Source: a virus
Lineage: Duplodnaviria > Caudoviricetes
Reading direction: 5' to 3' (one strand)
Virus record (IMG/VR): IMGVR_UViG_3300011336_000236
Coordinates: 1 to 30,568 of that record
DNA: 30,568 bases
Part shown: positions 24,467 through 30,568 of the stretch, in pieces
Layout of the letters: each line of letters opens with the position of its first letter
Numbering within the stretch: the first letter of the stretch is position 1
Translations under genes and position numbers: made by a program
Notes under the pieces: generated by a model
The model's input: only the letters and a program-made list of their open reading frames with translations
Told to the model about the DNA's origin: nothing
Database searches by the model: none

Positions 24467-25546
24467 TTATCTAAAACTGCCTGGGGCTAATGAACCAGTA
24501 TCTACGCTACCTAAACTTCCCATGCCAATACCACTTGTATCTACTGTATATGGATTTACTATTCCATCGTAAAAACTAGAAATTCCTCTCCCCGCTCCTT
24601 GAGCAAGATATGGATTTGATCCAATGCCTTGTAAAACATTAGCCAATGGGTTGTAAGCGTTGGCTTTTTGCATTGCCTCTGCCGCACCTAGACCACCAGC
24701 AAGCAAATATCTTCCAGCAGTTGCGCCAGCCGTAGCAGACCTACCACCAAGAGCAGAACCCAACTCCAATCCTTGTTGACCCATTGATTCAATAGTTCCA
24801 CCCAAACCAAGCGATGTTTGGAATGGTGATAACGCACCAACTTGACCAGCCTGATACTGACCAAGCAATTGCGAACCTGTGCCAAACAACCCTGCACCAA
24901 ATGCAGTTTGCCGTTGACCAGCCTCTTGTGCTTGTGCCGCAAGTTGTAAGTCTTGTTGTGCCAAGGCGTTGTAATACGCTTCCATTTCAGGAGTAGTAGC
25001 ACCTAATCCTGCCGCACCACTAGGTCTAGCACCCGTAGCACCAACAGACAAGCCTCCACGCCCTGTTTGGAAAAGCCTATTTTGTAATTGCGCCATTTCT
25101 CTCTCACGACTAGGCGCAAGTAAGTCTTGTTGTCTAGCAATGTATTGTTGCGCTACTTGTTGAGGCGTTTGAGCCAAATACTGTTGACCAAGACTAAATA
25201 ACCCACCCGCCGCACCTTGTAGAGGAGCGTACTGCTGTGGAGCCATTAAGCCCTGTTGGATTTGTTGTTGCGATAGGGCTTGTAACTGATCCTGATATTG
25301 TTGTAGTTCAGGTGATACTGTGTATCCTGCACTCTGCAAATATCCTTCAGGACTCATCTCAAACTGAGATGCACCAAAGCGCGTTGTTACTCCAACAGGA
25401 CGAAACTTAGCCGCATCTGCCGCTATTCGTGCCGCCTCTAATTGAGCCGCCGCAGACTGTTGCCCAGCCTTTCTAGCAGACTCTCCTTGCATATAGCCAC
25501 CAACTATATTTGCACCACCAAGTATCATTGCACCAGTTACTGGCAT
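24467..25546 (-). CDS. Putative DNA transfer (pilot/ejection) protein
   Basis: G/A/Q-rich, hydrophobic Gly-rich N-terminus followed by 'AGQQSAAAQLEAARIAA', resembling P22 gp7-type proteins. Confidence 0.7.
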   Translation of the reverse strand: MPVTGAMILGGANIVGGYMQGESARKAGQQSAAAQLEAARIAADAAKFRPVGVTTRFGASQFEMSPEGYLQSAGYTVSPELQQYQDQLQALSQQQIQQGLMAPQQYAPLQGAAGGLFSLGQQYLAQTPQQVAQQYIARQQDLLAPSREREMAQLQNRLFQTGRGGLSVGATGARPSGAAGLGATTPEMEAYYNALAQQDLQLAAQAQEAGQRQTAFGAGLFGTGSQLLGQYQAGQVGALSPFQTSLGLGGTIESMGQQGLELGSALGGRSATAGATAGRYLLAGGLGAAEAMQKANAYNPLANVLQGIGSNPYLAQGAGRGISSFYDGIVNPYTVDTSGIGMGSLGSVDTGSLAPGSFR

Positions 25547-25547
25547 A

Positions 25548-25976
25548 TCAAATCTCCTTTGCTACCGCTACATGAGTAGCATTAAAACCAAGTTTCTCGT
25601 AAAACATTTCTAAAGACTCTTTCAAGTTATAACTCGTAATAAGTCTTTTACACCCATTGTTTTTTGCAGTTTCTTCAACAAGATCAAACATCTTTTTACC
25701 TATCCCATTTCCTCTGCATGATGGAGTCAAAAAGAACATATCTACCTGACACCATATTTCATCGTAATAGGGGCTTTTGAAAAACCCATAAAACGCATAC
25801 CCAACTGTCCTTCCTTCATCCTTGGCTATTGCAACACGCAATTTACCAAGATATTCCTTGTTGAACATTGGCTTTTTATTCTTGAAATACTCCCAATGTT
25901 CCAACGCAATCTCGTCAAAGTTCTCAATGTCATCCAATGTTCCATCAATGACTTGTATAACTTCTTCTGCAATCAT
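25548..25976 (-). CDS. GNAT-family acetyltransferase-fold protein
   Basis: Acetyl-CoA motif 'FFLTPSCRGNGIGKKM' and 'FYEKLGF'. Start at 25976 gives an ATGA overlap. Confidence 0.85.
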   Translation of the reverse strand: MIAEEVIQVIDGTLDDIENFDEIALEHWEYFKNKKPMFNKEYLGKLRVAIAKDEGRTVGYAFYGFFKSPYYDEIWCQVDMFFLTPSCRGNGIGKKMFDLVEETAKNNGCKRLITSYNLKESLEMFYEKLGFNATHVAVAKEI

Positions 25977-26692
25977 GCCGTTCTTTTCCACATATAAACA
26001 GTTATGTATGGCTGATAGTTAGCATTTGTGCCACTAGAGCCTGACGATGCAACAGAGACAGAACCAGCGGGTGTGCCAGCAGATTCATAGTTTGTGTAGG
26101 TAGCAGGGCCATTGCCTGTGTCAGCATTTCTAACAAACTCTCTATTACCAGCATCGCCACCATCATTTGCCGTTGAGTCATTAGAGCCAACATAGTGTCT
26201 ATGTGTTCCTAATGCAGTACCCGTAAAGGTTGCCGTGTGGGTGTGGCTTACAGTAATAGCATCTGCGCTACCACCAGTTTCTTCTGCCGCATCAAACAAA
26301 GCATTGCTAGAGTCATAGCCAACCATGACACGCCCTGCGCCAAAGGCTGTCCAAGTGCCAAAGCCAAGCAAGGTAGCGGGGTTTGTGCTGACAGTCGCAT
26401 TTGTATAGATAGAGCCAACAGGATAAAGCAAAGCAATCGCCGCCTGAACAAACGCAGTAGTTGCTATTGCAGTTGTGTTGTTTCCCGAACTTTGAGTCGT
26501 TGCAATCGTGCCAGTAGGCAATGTAGGCGTACCAGTAAATGTTGGAGATGCTAAATCTGCCTTAGTCGCAACAGCCGTAGCAATGTTATTGAACTCTGTG
26601 TCAATCTCAGTACCCTTGACAATCTTTAATGGATTTCCAGAAGATAGGTTGTCTTTGGTAGCAAAGTTCGTGCTTTTGGTGTAATCACTCAT
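25973..26692 (-). CDS. Short tail fibre/spike-like protein
   Basis: 'YPVGSIY...NPATLLGFGTW..FG.GRV.VG' and C-terminal 'NYQPYITVYMWKRTA' (T4 gp10 C-terminal-like). Confidence 0.8.
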   Translation of the reverse strand: MSDYTKSTNFATKDNLSSGNPLKIVKGTEIDTEFNNIATAVATKADLASPTFTGTPTLPTGTIATTQSSGNNTTAIATTAFVQAAIALLYPVGSIYTNATVSTNPATLLGFGTWTAFGAGRVMVGYDSSNALFDAAEETGGSADAITVSHTHTATFTGTALGTHRHYVGSNDSTANDGGDAGNREFVRNADTGNGPATYTNYESAGTPAGSVSVASSGSSGTNANYQPYITVYMWKRTA

Positions 26693-28248
26693 GATATTTT
26701 CCCTTGTTTAGCCTGTATCTCAATCTTTTGAATTGACAATGGTGTTCCATTTATGTCTGATTCATAACCAGTTTGAACAATCTTTCCTGTGCCAGTTGCA
26801 GATACTGTCAATGTCTGTAAAGCCACACCATCACTGTATTCGGCAACAGTCGTAGCATTAGCACCATACTCAGCAATCCCATAATAGGACTCGCCCTGAG
26901 TAGGAATCGTATCGTTGTCTGACAAGTAGTTGGTCTTAAAGTCAAAGCCCCACTTGAATGTCACAGTCTGGTTGCTTCCACCAATCACCACAATCGACAA
27001 CTTCTTCAAAATTGATGTCTGATTCTGATTGCCAAGGTCAGCATGGTTTGTGTAATACAGCATCCGATAAGAAGATGTGTAATCCTGATAGGTGTTATAC
27101 AAGCCAATATAACCATTCTTGCCAATGTAGAGACTTCCATCTCTGCGAGACAAGAACGCTGTTGGCTCCATAGAATCCCATGTCGTTACTCTTGACGCAC
27201 CATTTGGCAATATGCCCTTGGTATCAAAGCACCATACGGCATCAATACTAGGTGTAGTCAACAAGTAAAACGCCTCACGCTCAGAGTAAACAGACTTAAT
27301 GTTGGCTAATGTCTCACCAGCCACTACGCTCATCAAGTCATTACGAATGTTCTTAGATAAATCCCTCTCAGGCGCAGACTTCTCTTGGATCGTTCTCATC
27401 AATGAACGAACACCTGAGTTGGACAAAAACAACACATCTGTGCTTGTGGTCTGAATACTGTCTCTAGCAATGCAACCAATGCCTTCAACTGTGTCACTCA
27501 AGGTCATCGAGGAAGGCGTAGTTGCCCCTGCGTAAACCAAGATTTGACGCTTACCAAAGATAAATAAGAAGCCGTTATGAGCCGCCAAACCAGTAATCTG
27601 ATCAGCACCATTCACCCAAACATTGTTGACATTTAAAGAACCAGATGTTCCTGTTGACCAAACATGGCCTGCAATCAAGTCACTAAAGTAAACAGTAGCA
27701 TTGTTAGAGGTAGTATCAGCCGCCCATAAACGACCAAATGCTGATATACAAATGTTTGCATCAGGCACAGTAGCCGCATAGCCTGTCTTCTCAGAAACAC
27801 GCCTATAAGTAGTTGTACTTACGGCAGGGTCATATATCAATGGGTTATGACCAGACTGAAAGAAGTAGGTGATTCCATTTAAAGAAGCACATTGCCAGTT
27901 ACTTGCTGTGATAGTAGGTGCTGTACCCCCTCCCCCGTAGGTGAGTTCTGTAACAGCATTAGATGCGCCTAACTTGAATAACTTGTTGTTGCCAGCAAAC
28001 AACACAGTCAAAGTGCCATCAGCCTGAACTAACTCATGGATAACCTTGACATCATTTGCACCTAAGTTACCACTTGATGAGTTAACCCTTGACCAACCTT
28101 TTCGTGCGCCAATGCGTCCATATTGGTCAATGATGCAATTTGTGGCAACCAAAGCATAGCCTGCCGCCAAATCAAGGGGCGAGTCTTGTGTGTTCAGCCC
28201 GTAGAAGCCTGGCGCACTTATGCTGTATGTTGCAATTGCTTGGCTCAT
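26689..28248 (-). CDS. Tail nozzle / head-closure protein (P22 gp10 / T7 gp12-like)
   Basis: 519 aa beta-rich, 'GIGCIARDSI...VLFLSNSGVRSL'. Follows the adaptor gene. Confidence 0.75.
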   Translation of the reverse strand: MSQAIATYSISAPGFYGLNTQDSPLDLAAGYALVATNCIIDQYGRIGARKGWSRVNSSSGNLGANDVKVIHELVQADGTLTVLFAGNNKLFKLGASNAVTELTYGGGGTAPTITASNWQCASLNGITYFFQSGHNPLIYDPAVSTTTYRRVSEKTGYAATVPDANICISAFGRLWAADTTSNNATVYFSDLIAGHVWSTGTSGSLNVNNVWVNGADQITGLAAHNGFLFIFGKRQILVYAGATTPSSMTLSDTVEGIGCIARDSIQTTSTDVLFLSNSGVRSLMRTIQEKSAPERDLSKNIRNDLMSVVAGETLANIKSVYSEREAFYLLTTPSIDAVWCFDTKGILPNGASRVTTWDSMEPTAFLSRRDGSLYIGKNGYIGLYNTYQDYTSSYRMLYYTNHADLGNQNQTSILKKLSIVVIGGSNQTVTFKWGFDFKTNYLSDNDTIPTQGESYYGIAEYGANATTVAEYSDGVALQTLTVSATGTGKIVQTGYESDINGTPLSIQKIEIQAKQGKIS

Positions 28249-28892
28249 GTTGCTACAAATCCTTGGTTCTCAGGGTATCGTGTGCCTTCCAATGCTATGT
28301 AGTCAGACAACATTGCTTTGTATAGCGAATACGCCTCTGAGGAAGTCAGCCCGCCATCCTCACCACGCTCCACCAAAGCCCTTGCATAGGCGTTTTGAGC
28401 CACCAAAGTGTCAGGCACTTTAATCACAGTCGCATCAGCAGACAAAGTGGCTTGTGGGACTGTTAAAGAGAATGGGATGCTATACACGCCATCAGGACGG
28501 GGATAGAGGGTTACTTTGGTATCGTTGTTACTGTCTACCCCATCAAAGGCGTAATACGCAGGGATACCGCTTACAGGGGTGGAGAAGTTCTGATAACGAT
28601 TCATGGTGGCAAAGTCGATATTCTTCATACCAACATTGCCCGTGACATTTATCACATCCTGAACTTGGAACTTCTGACCAGCACCAGTTAATGCGTAGGA
28701 ATATGTGCCTGAAGTGGTAGATAGGGTAACTGTCGTGCCAAGGACATTCCAAGCATAGGCATCTTCTACTTGACGCTTTGCATCATTGACAAACTTACCA
28801 ATTAAAGCGGAGTATGAGGTTTCGCTATTCGTAGAGACAGTAGTCTCCCGTAATCGAACCAACACATCGTTAATTAACTCTAGATAGGTCAT
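28245..28892 (-). CDS. Head-tail adaptor (tail tubular protein A-like)
   Basis: 'MTYLELINDVLVRLRE...FVNDAKRQVEDAYAW', 'LYPRPDGVY'. Confidence 0.75.
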   Translation of the reverse strand: MTYLELINDVLVRLRETTVSTNSETSYSALIGKFVNDAKRQVEDAYAWNVLGTTVTLSTTSGTYSYALTGAGQKFQVQDVINVTGNVGMKNIDFATMNRYQNFSTPVSGIPAYYAFDGVDSNNDTKVTLYPRPDGVYSIPFSLTVPQATLSADATVIKVPDTLVAQNAYARALVERGEDGGLTSSEAYSLYKAMLSDYIALEGTRYPENQGFVAT

Positions 28893-29194
28893 CTGCTTGC
28901 CTTTGCCTTATTCCTTGCGGAAATTGACTTGGCTTTTGCCTTTGCATCAGCCTTGGAAGAAGCACCCCAAGCCTTTAGCGAAAGAAGCAGTCTAGTTGGT
29001 TCACCATCCTTGTACTCCGCACCAGCCATATTGCCCATGCGAGCCAAGAAACTTGCTCTGCGAGGATTATCCCCCGACTTTACTGGTGCTTTTAGATTGC
29101 CACCAGTTTGTGCATTATAAGATGATCTTCCCTTGGAGTTCAACCCTCCTTTAGGGTTTTTACCTTCGGAGCGTTGCCAAGCGGGAGTTTTCAT
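28889..29194 (-). CDS. Small basic protein
   Basis: 'WQRSEGKNPKGGLNSKGR...RRASFLARM...SLKAW'. K/R-rich. Confidence 0.75.
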   Translation of the reverse strand: MKTPAWQRSEGKNPKGGLNSKGRSSYNAQTGGNLKAPVKSGDNPRRASFLARMGNMAGAEYKDGEPTRLLLSLKAWGASSKADAKAKAKSISARNKAKASR

Positions 29195-29352
29195 CACTTC
29201 ACCTTTTTTGGTTTCTTTGCAGTTTTAGCAGACTCAATAAACGCTTTGGCAGTTGGCGCACCTTTGCTACCAACTTTACGCATCTTCTCGCCAGAGCCTT
29301 CAGCGATTCTTTTCTTCTTTGCCCAAATATTGGCATAAAGTCCTTGTTTCAT
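29194..29352 (-). CDS. Small basic protein (52 aa)
   Basis: Not in the ORF track. MKQGLYANIWAKKKRIAEGSGEKMRKVGSKGAPTAKAFIESAKTAKKPKKVK. Confidence 0.75.
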   Translation of the reverse strand: MKQGLYANIWAKKKRIAEGSGEKMRKVGSKGAPTAKAFIESAKTAKKPKKVK

Positions 29353-29504
29353 TTCTTCTTCGCCTTACCAGCCTCTGATAGGGCAATTGCGATGGCTTGT
29401 TTCTGAGACTTGACAACCTTGCCACCCTTGCCTGAGTGCAACTCCCCCGCCTTGTACTCACGCATAACTTTGCTAATTTTGGCTTGTGCTTTGGTCTTTT
29501 TCAT
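29349..29504 (-). CDS. Small basic protein (51 aa, DUF6496-like)
   Basis: Not in the ORF track. MKKTKAQAKISKVMREYKAGELHSGKGGKVVKSQKQAIAIALSEAGKAKKK. Confidence 0.75.
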   Translation of the reverse strand: MKKTKAQAKISKVMREYKAGELHSGKGGKVVKSQKQAIAIALSEAGKAKKK

Positions 29505-29686
29505 TTGCCACGACCCGCTTTTTTCATCATGTTCGTAGCAGTACGCTGACCACGCATAGGCATACCTTTAGGCTTTCCAACAGCAACCATAATGGTCACA
29601 GGAAGACCCTTTTTCTTGCCATACTCTTTAGCCTCTTTCTCACCCTTTTCAGAGTAAGCAAACTTCTTTTTTCCGACCATAGGCAT
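29501..29686 (-). CDS. Small basic protein
   Basis: 61 aa, K-rich, ATGA coupling. Confidence 0.7.
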   Translation of the reverse strand: MPMVGKKKFAYSEKGEKEAKEYGKKKGLPVTIMVAVGKPKGMPMRGQRTATNMMKKAGRGK

Positions 29687-29697
29687 AGGATTTCCCC

Positions 29698-29901
29698 TTA
29701 TCTAAGTAGTTTTCCACCAATGAAGGTAATTACACCACCAGCCATAGAAGCGATGGTCATACCCATCCAAAAGCCACCTTTTGACTTGTTTGCCAGTTCA
29801 AGGAGTGCTTTTACATCTTGGGCAAGAGAGTGAACCTCTGTTTGGAGAGCCTCTACTTGAGCCTCCAATTTGCCAAAATCTCTTGCGTCAATTTCACTCA
29901 T
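29698..29901 (-). CDS. Coiled-coil plus single-TM protein (XhlA-like / holin-like)
   Basis: Coiled coil followed by 'GGFWMGMTIASMAGGVITFIG'. Confidence 0.65.
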   Translation of the reverse strand: MSEIDARDFGKLEAQVEALQTEVHSLAQDVKALLELANKSKGGFWMGMTIASMAGGVITFIGGKLLR

Positions 29902-30098
29902 AACAATTGTTCCTTACGGGGTCTTCCCATAGGTTTCTTCAAAGTTAGTGTCTGCCTTGTTCCATCAACCTTCTCAACCTCTACAACAGCAGAAGTATCT
30001 ACCTCTGTGTATTGAGGGTGTCTACGCATCTCAATAATGTCATAGTCCTGTCTGAACTCAACAATATTACCTGATTGATTGCATCTGAACAAAGCCAT
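29898..30098 (-). CDS. Hypothetical protein with AT-hook-like tail
   Basis: C-terminal 'KKPMGRPRK'. AAGGA RBS. Confidence 0.7.
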   Translation of the reverse strand: MALFRCNQSGNIVEFRQDYDIIEMRRHPQYTEVDTSAVVEVEKVDGTRQTLTLKKPMGRPRKEQLL

Positions 30099-30111
30099 TT
30101 AAATTCCTTAT

Positions 30112-30136
30112 GAAGAAAGGGGGAACAAGTCCCCCA
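30112..30136 (-). terminator. Possible intrinsic terminator
   Basis: GGGGGA/TCCCCC stem followed on the minus strand by TTTCTT. Confidence 0.55.
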
Positions 30137-30140
30137 ATCT

Positions 30141-30464
30141 TTAGACCATGCGAACTACAACAATTCGTAAGGTGGTGGATGCCAAGTCAACAGTTGAGCC
30201 AGACTCGTTTTGGATACGGAATTTGACAGTATCTGCGGCTGAGACATATCCTGTCACAGTCAAACCTACCAAATCAACGCCCAAAGATGCACCGATAACC
30301 ATGTCACCCAAGGCAACGCCTGGGATCGTAATGTCATCAGTCTCGCCTGCGCCATCAACCAATGAACCAGCGTTCAAAGTTGCTTTAACAGCCCATGTAT
30401 CGCTAAACAAACCACGGAATTGGTCTGTACCTCTGCGAGTAGTTACTGCGGATGCGGTTGCCAT
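30141..30464 (-). CDS. Putative capsid decoration/cement protein
   Basis: 107 aa beta-rich protein immediately downstream of the presumed major capsid gene. AGGAG RBS. Confidence 0.65.
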   Translation of the reverse strand: MATASAVTTRRGTDQFRGLFSDTWAVKATLNAGSLVDGAGETDDITIPGVALGDMVIGASLGVDLVGLTVTGYVSAADTVKFRIQNESGSTVDLASTTLRIVVVRMV

Positions 30465-30483
30465 GTATTTCTCCTAATTAAGT

Positions 30484-30516
30484 TAAAAAAGTCCCCCCAC
30501 CACTAGGGCAGGGGGC
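30484..30516 (-). terminator. Terminator after presumed capsid gene
   Basis: CCCCC...GGGGG stem followed by ACTTTTTT on the minus strand. Confidence 0.6.
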
Positions 30517-30526
30517 GCAACTGCAA

Positions 30527-30568
30527 TTAGGCTGGTACTGCCAATGCGAACATTGCTGAAGACTTAGC
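30527..30568 (-). CDS. 3' end of an upstream gene, probably the major capsid protein (partial)
   Basis: Reads ...AKSSAMFALAVPA*. Identity inferred only from synteny and the following terminator. Confidence 0.4.
   Translation of the reverse strand, partial: AKSSAMFALAVPA

Noticed and set aside
25548-25976. GNAT gene as a toxin-antitoxin or resistance gene
   Set aside because: No antitoxin partner. GNAT-fold genes commonly sit between tail and ejection genes in podoviruses.
1656-30477. Numerous antisense and alternate-frame ORFs in the track (e.g. 1656-1838, 2653-3114, 4592-4837, 21998-22306, 29486-29833, 30148-30477)
   Set aside because: Shadows of longer, motif-supported genes. Only the nested Rz1 and possibly 12698-12946 have independent support.

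Overview
This window is most of the genome of a small podovirus-like tailed phage (Caudoviricetes) of a Gram-negative host. The Gram-negative call rests on an Rz/Rz1 spanin pair. A freshwater proteobacterial host is my inference only. Minus strand, 1-7.3 kb: tail-fibre-like genes, a P22-like portal, TerL and a TerS candidate. 7.4-8.35 kb is non-coding and holds a promoter- and terminator-bounded, highly structured ~390-nt ncRNA candidate, a probable packaging end, and a dense array of palindromes resembling host transcription-factor operators (Fur, NtrC, GntR-type, TetR-like). Plus strand, 8.36-11.06 kb: an early host-takeover operon (ArdC-like, truncated beta-clamp-like, acidic Ocr-like candidate) punctuated by a repeated RBS motif and RNase III-like hairpins. 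Minus strand, 11.2-14.5 kb: replication/regulation genes (RuvC-like, NrdR-like Zn ribbon, RNAP alphaCTD-like, DUF1376 initiator with iterons). Plus strand, 14.6-18.4 kb: recombination genes (Sak3/DUF1071, YqaJ exonuclease, SSB-like). Minus strand, 18.4-30.6 kb: lysis cassette, ejection proteins, tail proteins, small basic proteins and the probable 3' end of the major capsid gene. No integrase, tRNA or CRISPR array was seen. All family assignments come from motif recognition by eye, not from database searches.
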